Part shown: piece by piece, positions 44,350 to 57,847 of the stretch | Layout: the number at the start of each line of letters is the position of its first letter | Numbering within the stretch: position 1 is the stretch's first letter | DNA from: Octopus vulgaris | Taxonomy: Eukaryota | Assembly: GCA_951406725.2 (NCBI GenBank) | Contig: OX597815.1 | Location: 86,304,001 to 86,368,000, forward strand | DNA length: 64,000 bases | Reading direction: 5' to 3' | The notes under the pieces: generated by a model | What the model saw: the letters and a program-made list of their open reading frames with translations, nothing else | Told to the model about the DNA's origin: nothing | Databases searched by the model: none | Program-made: the position numbers and the translations under genes

Positions 44350-47300
44350 GGTAGTCTATTCAGCTGCAGTCCAAGAGGACGCAGTAAGAACTGTGTTTGA
44401 TTTCACTTCCTCCCCATAGCATATCCTCAACCAGGCGGTGCTGTTGCTTCGGAAGGAATTGAAGAGTGTGAAAAAGCGAAACCTGAACTATCCACTGACC
44501 ACAGAGGCTTTATTGCACGGAGAGAAGCATCCTACTGAGTTGGTGAAGACTTTCTACCGGAATTTTTATGGTGGTTTTGGCAAGTACAATTCGTCGTTCT
44601 GATGCTGCTAGTCAGGATGCCTTGTTTGTCGTTACGCATGGAGCAATCAATCCCCGCGAACACATCGCAATGGGTATAGGTATGAAATCTATGACAGGTA
44701 GCAGAAACGTGGTCACCCTCTTGAACCGTTATGGCTACAGCATCAATTATCATTGTGCAGAGGAACTAGAGACTGAGTTGCCCTTTGCCCACAATGAGAA
44801 GTAGACCATCATCCCCGAGGTTGAACAACCAAACCGAGTAATGGGGAATGTCTATGATAATTATGACGAATACACCTACACTCTATCAGGTGCAAATTCC
44901 TTACACGATACGACAGGCATCCTTTACCAAAACGAAGATGAAACAGATCGAGGACGGCGTGATGCGTCAGAACGGATAGTCTCGACTTCTTGGGAGAAAC
45001 CACAGAAAAGGAGAAAGTTGGATACAGACGAGACTGCACTTCTGCCCTACAGGAAGACACCAAGAGTGAAATCGTTTTGTTACAGTAAGACAAACCTGTG
45101 GGACAGATCCATTGCGACAGTGCTGAAAGCTCACAAGGCAGATTACGTGTACATGATGATCCACGCCTTCAAAATAGGTGGAACACCAATGTGGGGTGCA
45201 TTCAATGCCAGGTATGACACGGACACAATTCCAAGACAGATCTTCTACATGCCTAACATCAGTCATTCCCTGACCAGTTTGGATGTTGTGGCTGAAACTA
45301 TACGACTGACGCAGAAATGCGCTCTGGAATGCAACCAACAGTATGGTATTGTGACATACGACCTCGCAATAGCGAAACCTGCCATCAGAATCCAAGACAC
45401 CGAAAGTCCGACCTTCGACAACGTATTCATAATGTCCGGCCAGTTTCATCTTCAGATGTGCAGTTTCAAGGCAATTGGCAAACTATTGGCCGAGTCAGAT
45501 GGTCCAAGAATCCTTACAGAGTGCGACAACGTACTTGCTCCTGGATCGTTGAAGGGATTCGAGTCTGGCACTCATTTCAACAGATGTAAGCGGCTGCATC
45601 TGATCATTTCTTCAAAGCTATGAAACTGACGACATCGAAGCCCAGCTTGTGCTGAAAGAGGCACTCGGTCCCCCAACTTGCGCTGTTGCTTCCGATCTGT
45701 TGGAGAAAGTCATCTCTGAGTACATAAACATTTTCGGAAGAGACAAAGGACGGGGCTCGAGGACCTACCGCTCAATTCTGGATGGATTACATCGAAAGAA
45801 TGCATGATTATCATGTACTCGATCGTGCCATCAGAACAAACGATGTTGACTTGTTCATAGACGCTCTCACTGTTGCTGTTCGCAACCAGTCGACAGAACT
45901 ACGCTAGGTATATGACGAAGCTAGATCTCATGGACATAGACGAGACACACCTTGAATTAAGAGGCTTGCTTGATCGTGGTGGGTTCACTATTTGCAAAAT
46001 CAGTAATTCTTTCTCAAGGTGTCCTATCGATCTAATACTGGAACAGACAATCAATGCTGATGCTGCTTGTCGGCTCACGGGGTCCTCAGCTATGACGAAC
46101 AATTATGCAACCAGACTCCGTTGGATGCTCACAAAGTCATCTCGAGCTTCTATTGTAACTGATCTGATGGAGATGATAGGGATGGGCACCACAGAATCAA
46201 CTGCAGCTGAGCAGCGACCTGCAGGAGTCGAGCGAGACCGATCAGATTTTGAAAAAGTGATCGCGCAGATAGAAAAATCTGTAACCCTTTCACCCTTACG
46301 AACACGACTGACCTGATCAACATACATACGGGAAAATATGAAAAGTCTGCCCGATGTTCGAACGACTGGCAGAAACATGCACAAAATATTCGTTGTAGAA
46401 TTTGCTGAAAGCTCAGCACGATTCGAAAAGCCACTGCGAAAGATAAAGATTAAAACCTTCGCAAGTGATAGCGTTGGAAATCGGCGATCAAAGAACGAAA
46501 GATTACAACGAATGAAACGCACACGTGACTTGATGGGTAGGATGTTGATCATCTCAGCGAAAGAGAAATTGGACCTCAAGCATGTTCTCACATACCCAAT
46601 TACGCCTGTTCCGTTGGCGCTCTGTTGCAGCGACGGTACAATGACGAAAACCGATAAAAGTAAGTTGTTCAGATATCTCGAGAGCCACGCAGGGGAAGTT
46701 CGTCAACCAAGCAACCAAACACCTTCTGTGATCGACGGGAACTTTTTGTTACACGTCATGCCATCCAAATTACCAAAGACATTCGGCGTATTAGCCCGGC
46801 CACTCCTTGGCTTAGTCGCCTATGTGTTGACATTGCGTTCGACATTCAACGGTTACCTTCCATCAAAGATGCTGAACGTGGACGCACAGATGCAAACGAG
46901 ATTACCTTCACCATAGTGGGACCAGATCAGGTAACAGCCAAGTTTTCCGAGGCAATGCTCAAGAGTGGGAGAAAGACTCGTCGATTCTGAGTACTCTAAC
47001 CATGTACGTCGGTGCTGGAAGTCAGTACTGGAGGTACCGTAATAATCATGGCGCCATGATTCGAGAGAGGGAGAGAGAGCTCCAGAACTGGACTGCAACC
47101 ATGATGAGGGAGATACACGTGTCGTGTACTGCACATGGCACAAGACCATGAAGAAATTGTCATCCGTGCGTCTGATACCGATGTCGCTGTAATCATGCTA
47201 TATCATCTCGAGAAAGTGAAGGCTACAGTACGGATGGAAGTGGAAACGAGCGGCCAGAACACACCACGGTACGTCAACCTGTTGCAGATAACAGCATCGA

Positions 47301-47891
47301 TTGGTCCTCTCATGTGCAACGCTCTGCCTGGATTTCACGCATCTACAGGCTGTGACTACACATCTCTTTTGACAGGCAAGGATAGACACGACCTCTTCAA
47401 ATCCTTGAGCAGAACACAGAATTCCAGTATGCATTTGCCAAGCTAGACGATGCTGACCCAGACCTGGAAACATTCACCGTTATAGAAAAATATATCTGTC
47501 ACATATATCGCCAAATAAGCTGTACCAGCATCAACGACGTTCGTTACGCAGTCTTCCATATGCATTATTCCCATGCGTTCAAGTAAAATATCCACTCGAG
47601 AAACTAAAGAGAATCGACGCAAGCAGTCTACCAGCGTGCTGCAATGAACTTTTGTAACAATACCAACGTGCAAGATTCGTTGCGAACTTGTGGAGAGATG
47701 CTGGACATTTGTTGCTTGAACAGCAACCGCAGTACGGATGGGAACTGATCGTTAACGAGTCCACAATCATCTGGTTCCAAGGCGAGCAATTGCCTGCCAG
47801 TCTGCCCATTGACGAGTTCAGTGATGACGAGGATGGTACCATGTTGACCGTATACTCTGGTGACGAGCAGTCAGACTCCAGTACAGAATAG
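44350..47891 (+). pseudogene. Academ-like transposase-XPG nuclease polyprotein, multiple frameshifts and stops
   Basis: TGSRNVVTLLNRYGYSINY..AEELETEL; YDNYD..TLSGANSLHDTTGILYQ; IVTYDLAIAKPA; GQFHLQM; NYARY; PIDLILEQTIN; LTYPITPVPLAL..DGTMTKTDKSKL; VIDG; HDEGDTRV; ASDTDV; LPGFHASTGCDYTS; YGW. Confidence 0.85.
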
Positions 47892-48611
47892 AATACACAC
47901 TGCAGCCGTCTGGATAATGGGGCGTCATGTACCAATGCATCTACTCTTTAGTGTAGACGTATTGGTAGATTAAAAATGTCATGGCGTATGTGTCGTTTAG
48001 AGGCAGTGCGAGAATTTGAATATCTAGCGTTAAGTATTTACATATTTGATCATCATATAAAACTGTGTTAATTCCAACAATGCGAGTAAGGTGTTTCGAT
48101 GCTTACTATTATACTTTCAATCAAATCTTGATTTGTAAGCCGCGGTTTTGCCAACAGGCCAAAGCTGCCACATTGTACGTGAACGTTTCAATTCGTCGTT
48201 GGTTTCTAATGGTCAGTTTGCATTTATGTGACATTTCTCTCCAAGGGGCAAGTTGCCCTTTTTTGTAGTTTTAATCCATTTTTTTGTTTGTAACAGTCAG
48301 TTTCCATTTTTGCGAAGTGTTTGACGGGACAAGTCAGCTTTAAGAGAAACATTACTGCTTTAAAAATTAATTTTATTCGAATGAACGAAAGTGACATGTA
48401 TTATATGTTTACAGAAGTCAGCATCAGTAATGGATGAAGGATTCCGATGCCATGCAATGGAAAATCAACATTTGTTTCAGTTAAAAGTGTTTTTCTATAT
48501 TCAATAGAGGAAGATATGTTAATTAGTCAAAATGCTTCTTAAATTAGGGATCCATATCTATCATTCTTATATACTATGATTATATTCAGTTTGACGAGCC
48601 GAATATTTTTG

Positions 48612-49618
48612 TGAAAGAATTTACACCGGAGCAGAAACTCTAATCAAGAACAATTAAAGATCTAATTAAAGATTTCTTATTGTATTCCAATACCTGGTAT
48701 GTTTTTTTAATTTCTTCCTTCCATGGGTCAACTGGGTCTAAGACATGTTTCTATGTTGCATTCATCACGTAGCTTGAAAACAGTGTTTCTGTATGTTTCT
48801 TCTTAATTAGTGTATAGTGATTAGTAGAAAATGCTTCTTAAATTAGAAATCCATACCTAAAATGGTTCTTAAGAGACATGAATAGATTCAGTTGGGTTTA
48901 GTGAACATTTCTGCGAAGTAATTGACGATGGAACAGAAAGTTTAATTAATTCCTAATTACGTATCTCTTTTACTCTTTTACTTGTTTCAGTCATTTGACT
49001 GCGGCTATGCTGGAGCACCGCCTTTAGTCGAGCAAATCGACCCCGGGATTTATTATTTGTAAGCCCAGTACTTATTCTATCGGTCTCTTTTGCCGAACCA
49101 CTAAGTAACGGGGACATAAACACACCAGCATCGGTTGTCAAGCAATGCTAGGGTGACAAACACAGACATACAAACATATACACACACATACATATAAATA
49201 TATAGGACATGCTCCTTTCAGTTTCCGTCTATCAAATCCACTCACACGGCACTGGTTGGTCCGGGGCTATAGCAGAAGACACTTGCCCAAGGTGCCATGC
49301 AGTGGAACTGAACCCGGAACCATGTGGTTGGTAAGCAAGCTACTTACCACACAGCCACTCCTGCGCCTATCTAATTAAAGCTTCTTAATTTGTTTTTCCA
49401 TACCCGTTATTTTTCTTAAGTTTTCATTTAGACTTGTGTCTAAAGAGTAATAGTCAATGTAATTCATTACTGGAACTTAAAGTCTAATTAAATTAATTAT
49501 TTACGCAAGTTGATTATCTCATAATTAGTTAATACATGCCTAAAAAATACTAAAGAATCACGTTTCATGGTATTAGGACCATTTGTACACATATTGTGCC
49601 CTGCTAGTATTTTGGAGC
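48612..49618 (-). repeat. Right long inverted repeat of the DNA transposon (interrupted at 48967-49367)
   Basis: Reverse complement of 43658-44265 with scattered substitutions. Confidence 0.9.
48967..49367 (-). mobile_element. Full-length SINE family A inserted into the right inverted repeat, 5 bp TSD TATCT
   Basis: TATCT at 48962-48966 and 49368-49372; removing the SINE restores CCTAATTACGTATCTAATTAA, matching the left repeat (revcomp CCTAATTAAGTGTCTAATTAA). Confidence 0.92.
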
Positions 49619-51294
49619 TTCAAGTCTTATCAAATGCTCCTGCATTATCACTTTCGGTAACTCATTCATCTGTCATTCACCTTTGGAGGCACATGCAATA
49701 ATATATATATTCCCGAATGAAAGGATCTATAAATAATTTTGAACCAATTTCCTTTTTACTTAAGATAAGATATTATCTCTGCGAAGTAATGGAATATTCG
49801 CCAGTAATATTGCTTCAATCTCTAATGTTTATTTAGACTTTGGTGGTGTAACATATCAAGAGAAGGGGTGACGCTATCAAGGTTTCGTAGTGTCAATGAT
49901 TCATCAGCCTTTCCACCTCTTCAATGCAACATGAATGCAATATGTATAAAGCGTCATGGATGCAATATATAAAGCGTGTCTAGCATCACTAAAGAAAGAA
50001 GAACTAACACAAAGGCAAACATGCCTACTACCACTACAATAATTTTAGAAACAGTTGTTACACTTCTACAAGAATTACTATGCATCTATATCATTGCCAC
50101 TGACATCGTAAACTATTTACATCGCTTTTAGGTTGTATTAACACGAGTAACCCACTACATTTTCAGAAAGCAAAAGTAACACTGATATTGTAAACATTTT
50201 GATTACTGAACCTATGGCACACACTGAATAAAATAATATCATTGGTGATTCTTAATGAGAAATTGAAATAGCAAGGTAACTATATATGAAACATGCCCTG
50301 TACATTAATACAGTAGAACCAATTGCCAATTGTCGTTTGTGATCTGAGGTATCTATATACGAGAGATCATCTTTGCTGGCATCAGTGAAAGATTAATGGG
50401 ACTATTTGAAGTTTTATGCTTTGCCTGTGTGCTCACACGATAACTATTGTAGAATCAGTATCTACTGGAAGTAAAATTTTGCTGCAGAATCGGTATATCT
50501 CTCTGCCACTCCTATATCCATATTGGAAAAAAGTATCATACACAATCATATTTTTTATTTCGATATTCTATGAAATATGCATAAAGAAATACTGAACATT
50601 AATGAATAATGGATTTGGTTTCTTTGGCTTTCATGCAATATTTTTAAAGACATGTCAGAGCTATGTCATTGCATATGTGTACAATAATTTGCGGTGAAAT
50701 TTTATATTATTTTATATTGCTTCTATTTCATTACTAATCTGTTTTTATTAATACGAACAAATTTTTATAGGTATTCTATTCGAAAAACAACATGGACATT
50801 TTTTCTTTCTGAGACAAACACGACATGAAATGCTATTTGATGGATGAAAGAAATATATTTCTTTCATTTGAATATAAATAGCATTGCTAAGTTGAATTGA
50901 CGTCGTATATTTTGGACTGTATGCAAAAGGCATCTATTTGTTATACCCGAAGTTGCTTAAATGTACTATTTAAGCGGTTGTTGTTTAGTTTATTGCATGA
51001 ATGTTATAAAGTTCTTATAAATCTATTGTTTTAATATGAAACTTAATGATAACACAAGCGCAAAGAACCGGGTTGGATTCAATAACATGCTATATTCATA
51101 TTTAAGTATTACATTTTATCGTTCAATTTGATAACATAGATTCTCGACAACATAGAAGTTTCAAATGTTTACACCTGTATCCTCAGATTATGCTTCATAT
51201 CTAACTGTTTTAATTCTGATTTAATTTAAACTCTGTATTTTTTTATTACGAGTATATCAGTAAGTTGCTAAGGGTGGCAGAAATTCAACTATAA

Positions 51295-51500
51295 ATTTTG
51301 GCACAAGGCCAGCAAATTTGGGCGAGGCGTAAGTCGATTATATTGAGCACAGTACTTTACTGGTACATATATTATTGACCCCGAAAGGATGAAAGGCAAA
51401 CTCGACCAAGGCGGAATTTGAACTCGGAACATGAACTTAAACGAAATGCTGTTAAGTAATTTGCCCAACGTGCTAACGATTCTGCCAGGCCGCCGCCCTA
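51295..51500 (-). mobile_element. SINE family B
   Basis: GACCCCGAAAGGATGAAAGGCAAACTCGACC..GGCGGAATTTGAACTC...GCTAACGATTCTGCCAG.CCGCCGCC. Confidence 0.8.
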
Positions 51501-52378
51501 ATAAGACTATAAATTTTGGAATTATAAATGAAAACCTATTCGTATGTATGGTTGGATGTATGTGCATACGTCTACACGGGTGTGTTCGCGCGTTTATGTA
51601 TGCATGTGTGCGTCAGTGTGTATATTTGGATGTGTGTGAACATGTGTACATATGTATGTAGTTGTGCACTGTTATATCTATTGTTAACTATCCCTTGAGA
51701 GAGCCCGGGCTTCCGACAACTGAATAATCGCGATTTCGATTTGGGCCTCATGCAAATTTGATATCATTCTGATGATACATTGTTTCAATGCAGACGTCAT
51801 AATCTTGCAATGAAATATGAAATTCGACAGTCGGTAATGCAAAATTTACGATAAATGAACTCCATAGACTGCATAACATACCATAGAACAAAAACCTTAA
51901 TTATTTATTCATGAGAATATTGATTCATCGTTGCTAAAGTGTTTTTCGGGTGTGTAACAAGCGATGGCTCACGGTTTTGAGCTAGTTTGTGTTTTATTAA
52001 GTATTGATACAACATGGATGCTGCACGTTCTCTTGTCAGATTGCACATACATTTAGATTTCAAAATTATGGAGTATATCTGAGGTAAGCCAGCCTGGCAG
52101 AAAGCATTCTTCTCTAAGACATACTTACGAAAAGATTTTAAACTTCTCATTACTGCAGGAAGAAGAGATTATTCATCAGTAGCACTATTTTGAAATTATA
52201 ACTGCATGTACTTGCCTTTGAATCTAGACAGTATATGCATTAAGGATATGAAACTCCACTATTCCCACAGGTGACCCAGTACCCTATGGACTATACCAGC
52301 TGTGTTTCTACTATCGATTAGAATGAATAAAAAGAAAGCAAAACATTTTCTTGTTTTAGGGAGAGAATCAGAGAAAGG

Positions 52379-52441
<63 letters not shown>

Positions 52442-54256
52442 TAGCAGGAATGTAAACAAATAGTAATCGATACATTGAAAAATTCGATTCTAACAAGACT
52501 TGTTGGAATTATACTCATAAGCATACAAAATGTCGACCAATAGACCAGTAACATTAGCATTATTTTTACATCGTTTATCTAGTTTATTCAACTATCGTCC
52601 TTCCAGTGGAGTTTCTCGTCTCAGAAACGCCTATAACATTCATTAGAAAATAATACCTATTAATTGACTTTAATTCAATCGATACATGTATAGAATTTTT
52701 AGCAGTATTTTATTTGCCCTTATTTCTGTGACTTGTGATTCTGAGTTCGAATCCCATTGTCTTTAATTTAGCATCAAACTCGATAAAAGAAATCGTATAC
52801 AATTCCCGTACAATATCTGAAATGACGGATAAGGAAGCTAGTCCAAAGAGGCTGAAATAAAGTGGCATTCAGAAACAAAAACTTCCGTCCATCAACTCTC
52901 TGTCTCTTGCATAGACACAAGTGTGCACACATATATGTTTATTCATGCGTGTTTGTGTGACTCGCACACTACTTACCTACAATGTATTAACTTGCAAAAT
53001 ATATGTCCATATACTGATATAGGTACATATAACAGAAACCGTTCGTTTAGCCTCCACGTCATTTCCCTGTATCTCTTATAATATATAATTATTTTGGCTT
53101 CACGCATTCAGTCGTTACCAACGGTTATTCTGAATAATATTTGTGTCTATTTTGGTGACTCCACCTAAAAACAGATATTGGTTTGACGAAAGGATGGATT
53201 CTATTGGATTGGTAGTCCCTACAGACATATGGATTGAGAGAAATACAGTGCGAGTACAAACCCCAAATGCTGAACTTCCTTTTCCAGATATGATGACGTC
53301 TTCTTCATGCTCACACCTTCCTCACTCTGAAGGCTTCGAAACGGAACATTCCATCGACACTGAATCTCTCTAACTGTCGTTGTTGTATTTCTAAATCATA
53401 ATATAAGAAATATTTATGGATACTAAGGAAAACTGTTTGCTGTTGTCTGTGAATTTTACTAACGAGCGGATATGCCTCCTAAACACTAACCGAATTCTCC
53501 TTTACAAATAATATGCAACGAAAGATGGAATAGAATGGAAAACACCGAGGTGTGTCAAAGAGTAATAAAGGACAACGGCATGGCAATGGGTGCATGATAA
53601 AATCCCATACAATGTTGATGTCTCCAGGAAACGTACTTGATACCTAGAGCTAAAGGAAATTCATAACTTAGTTTCCGCTGGAATTTTCCAGGAAATAAGT
53701 ACGGAGGGACTGCATATACAGCAAGCGCATTCAAAGTTACTTGAGAAAATGCGGGTTACGAATTTCTTACCCCATATATCAAACAAGACAACTACCGTCT
53801 GACACAAAGTGGGGACCTGTCTGCCGTTCAACAATAGTGCGCTCCATATCAAGTAATAAGAGAATGCAGCAAATTTTTCACAGGCGGCACCATCCACAAA
53901 TTACACATCCGAATAGAGAAGCATATTCAAAAGAATTCTTTCTCAGAAAACACCCGAAAATGACCATGCTCAGAACACTAGAGACGCCGTCAAATTCAAA
54001 GTACACGAGTAATAAGCATATTAACCCAATAAGTGTTTCGCTAGTTAACAAATTTCACTATACCAATTTGTGTATAGACACTATTCTCCTCCTTGATTTG
54101 TTCCACGTATCATGGCAAAACAGAGAGACATTTAATCTCCTAATCATGTTGATAAACAGACATACTGAAATATATAGTAAAGGTGTAAAGTTTTGTTTAG
54201 TTTTCATTCCCATAGGTCGATCTTTAAGCGTTGTGGCTTTCTGAATCTAGCATAAG

Positions 54257-54306
<50 letters not shown>

Positions 54307-54480
54307 GTGTGTGTGCAGGTGTATGTGTGTAATATTACATACATTTTAGTGTATTATCCATCATATGATTTGTAACATCTTATGCAAGATCACCCTGTAT
54401 CTGTTTCATTTACTCTACACATCTCTATATATAATATAAAGCATGACTGGCCTAGTGAACGAAGCAACCATGATTTATAT

Positions 54481-54530
<50 letters not shown>

Positions 54531-54795
54531 TATATATATATATTTAGGTTACTTTAAATAAAACCCTTGATTTAATAGCACCGTGTACAACCTCTATACT
54601 TGGAATGACCAATTTTAAATACTATTAGATTTTACTCACAAGGTATTGAAATCTTATATGTATACCATTCTGCCTAAATAATGGATCTCCAAATGCAATA
54701 TCCCCGCATATCTCACATCTATTTTCATTCCTCCACTTCACTCTCTATTTCGTATCTTATCTAAATTAACTATTGCTTAACTATTTTCTCACATC

Positions 54796-54843
54796 GTCTC
54801 CGATGAAGGGATATGATAATTATCCTGGAAACAGCTGTAAGAT
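54796..54843 (+). ncRNA. Minimal type-I hammerhead ribozyme-like motif (variant core)
   Basis: GTCT-CCGATGA-A-GGGATA(tgataat)TATCCT-G-GAAA-C-AGCT-GTA^-AGAT: stem I GTCT/AGAT, 6 bp stem II, palindromic ACAGCTGT stem/loop III, GUA cleavage triplet; core CCGAUGA differs from CUGAUGA. Confidence 0.55.
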
Positions 54844-54910
54844 CTTCTATTTATACATGTTCCAAAATCTTCACAGCCTTGCTTTTTTTCATCTCATTCT
54901 GAAAAAAAAG

Positions 54911-54967
<57 letters not shown>

Positions 54968-54970
<3 letters not shown>

Positions 54971-55513
54971 TGGCTGCCCCCTCGTTATCGAGTATGGCCA
55001 TTGCACGAAGCGTAATCAATGTTGTTATTGTGCAATACCTGTGCAAGAGGATTTTTTAAAGTGAGGAAAGACTGTGCACCGAGTCAAACCCACTCACTAA
55101 GCAACAGCAGCCATAATCCCAAAAGAACAAGTCAACATTATCGGTAACCACTGAGCCGCATGTTTTATGTCGGAGTTATCCCAGTTACCTGAGTTACCTT
55201 CTCCTAGAAGGATACCCTAACAAAGGCTAAGAGTCCTTCACTCCCAATGGTTTAACCGCGCGATCGGGTATTCAGTCCGATTATTTCTATGTCCCCGCGC
55301 ATGATACAGCCTTAAGACATATATTGGATGGCCGTTGACTCTCAAGAGTTCTTCCGCCCTTTGACGGGTTTTGTTTTTCAACCCGCAGGGTGTCCAATAA
55401 ACACCCTCCTCACCAAGCAAGCTTGGTGGGGTTGCCGGTTTAGTCGCCGACGACCCGACCATGCAACAGGTTGTACTAAGTTACATGTTACCAGTAGCAC
55501 TCGAAAGTGACCT
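54968..55513 (-). mobile_element. RTE-like non-autonomous retroelement (5'UTR-like part joined to 3' end)
   Basis: GC-richer 545 bp island between (AT)n and (CA)n; minus strand contains TAGGGTATCCTTCTAGGAGAAGGTAACTC, similar to the RTE 5'UTR motif; no ORF. Confidence 0.5.
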
Positions 55514-55524
55514 CACACACACAC

Positions 55525-55593
<69 letters not shown>

Positions 55594-56800
55594 TGTGTGT
55601 GTTTGTGTGTGTGTGTATGTATTTATATTCCAGGGTGCAATAGGTTGAGAAATAGATCAATTGATAAACAGTATAGTAAAAAGATTCAACGTAGTCCATT
55701 TCAAAAAGTTATGTAACTAGGTCAACCTAATATTCAATGTGTGTAGATCTATGGATATATAGCTGATGAAGAACTAGGATGGCTACAAGGCAATAAAAAA
55801 ATTCATGGAATGTGATGACCATCATTGAAGAAGTCCAAATGCTGAAAGTAGAGAGCGAATATTATAAAAAAAACTAGACACTGTATCTATCTACTGTGTT
55901 ATTTTATCCTACAAAGAACACTTATACCTGGCAAAGAGGAGAGAATAAGAAGCATAGGCGATGCCTGCGTGTGTGATTAATCGGCCTGAGGCTATAGTAG
56001 AAGACATTTTCCCAAAGTGCCACGCAGTGGGAATGAACCCGGAACCATATGGTTGAGAAGCAAGCTTCTTATAACAATGACAGATATGTCTTTGTTATAT
56101 CAGTGCAGCTCAAATCAATGATATTAGTTTGTCCCTAGTTTAAAGGAAAATAGTTATGGCTCTAGCGTGTCGGACATTATCATCTCGCAGATTATAGAAG
56201 CAGAGTAAGAAAGTTGTGAGGAAACTAGAAGAGAAGGAAGAAATAAAAGAAAGACAATTCAAGTGTGGAAAGCCATGTACTGTTAAAGTATGTGTTGGGC
56301 AGCTATTTGATTGGGAATAAAGAGTTGGCTATGAGGGATATCTTTTAGCATGAGAGCAACCACCATAACAAGAGTGCGTTTTGGTAAGTGTGCGTGCATG
56401 TGTCTGCGGATGCGCTCGCATGAAAAGACGGACATTTGCCTGTATATATGTCTACGACTACAGAGATAATGATGCAAATAAAAAAAGAAATAAAACCGCT
56501 TGGGTTAGGTATACGAAATATAGATGTAAAATATGGAGGAAGCAATGACTGAAACTATCCAAACGAAGAATATTAATACATAAATATATAGATATTAATA
56601 GAACAAAGCTACATAAAGTAGAAAGGTAGGTGTTCCGGATTGGACAAATGTTGTTTTGGCAGATGTTGTTCATTAAAAGTCAAGGATATGCAACCAATGG
56701 TGAAAAAGCATATAAACATTTGGAAAAATGTGGCACCTTCTTCGGGATGGAGATATAAAAATCTAATGTAATGATATATGCGCATGAATACATATATATA

Positions 56801-57188
56801 TTCTTTTATCCCTTTATTTCTTTCAGTCATTTGGCAAAGGCCATGGTGGAGCACCGCATTTAGTCGAACAAATCAACCCCGGGACTTATTCTTTGTAAGC
56901 CTACTACTTATTGTATCGGTCGCTTTTGCTTAACCGCTAAGTTACAGGGACGTAAACACACCAACATCGGTTGTCAAGTGATGGTGGGAGACAAACACAG
57001 ACACACAAGCACATACACACACATATATATGTATCTATACGACAACTTATTTCAGTTTCCGTTTACCAAATCCACTCACGAGGCTTTGGTCGGCCCGAGG
57101 CACATGACCAAGGTGTTACGCAGTGGGATTGAAACCCAAAACATGTGGTTGGGAACCAAGCGTCTTACCATACAGCCACTCCTTCCCC
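56801..57188 (-). mobile_element. SINE family A, diverged
   Basis: Reverse complement of 20050-20455; another fragment at 55981-56075. Confidence 0.85.
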
Positions 57189-57808
57189 TATATATATAGA
57201 TATAGATATAGATAGATAGATATATAGATAGATAGATGATGATGATGATGATGATGATGATAATGATGATCATGATCATGATGATCATGATGATCATGAT
57301 GATCATGATAATGATGATGATAATTATCCTTGGTCAAAGTTGGGAACAAAGAAATGACAGTGGAGTCATACAAGTCAATCGAACGAAAACAAAACATGGA
57401 GGATTGTTAGACCAACGCGAGAGGAAAATAGTGATCGCTAGGAGAAACATTTGTTTTTTGAAAAGAGAAAAGATCGAAGTGAGAGAGAAAAACACCTCCG
57501 CCGCTTTAAACGTCCGTGTAAGAAAAGAAACATGGTCATGTGAGGAAAAGAATGATAAACGATGGTCACGCGTGAGCAACGTGAGAGAGGGATAAAGAGA
57601 AAGAAAAGGAGAGATATATATAAAGAGAAAGATAGGGAGAGAGAAATAGATAGAAAACGGTGCTGGGGAGAGGGGGAGAAATGGGAAACAGAGAAGGATT
57701 AAGGAAGAAAAGTATAAAGTGTCATAAAAAAAGATGAAGATGTACATATGTATATACATATATGTATGTCTGTATGTCTATACATATGCATACATATATG
57801 TGTGTGCG

Positions 57809-57847
<39 letters not shown>

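Larger units (their letters stand above)
43650..49618 (+). mobile_element. AcademX-type DNA transposon, decayed, with long terminal inverted repeats
   Basis: Inverted repeats 43658-~44265 and ~48612-49618 (the right one split by a SINE) enclose a frameshifted ORF with a DDE-type transposase and an XPG/FEN-like nuclease. That domain combination defines AcademX elements. Confidence 0.75.

Noticed and set aside
44967-47473. Minus-strand ORFs overlapping the transposase
   Set aside because: Antisense shadows; all conserved motifs are on the plus strand.
49880-49912. CTGATGA...GAAAC on the minus strand
   Set aside because: The intervening sequence cannot form stem II.
53741-54244. 167 aa plus-strand ORF
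   Set aside because: Non-ATG start, no recognisable motif or splice context.
55760-55790. CTGATGAAG hammerhead-like start (similar CCGATGA at ~58665 on the minus strand)
   Set aside because: No paired stem II or downstream GAAA.
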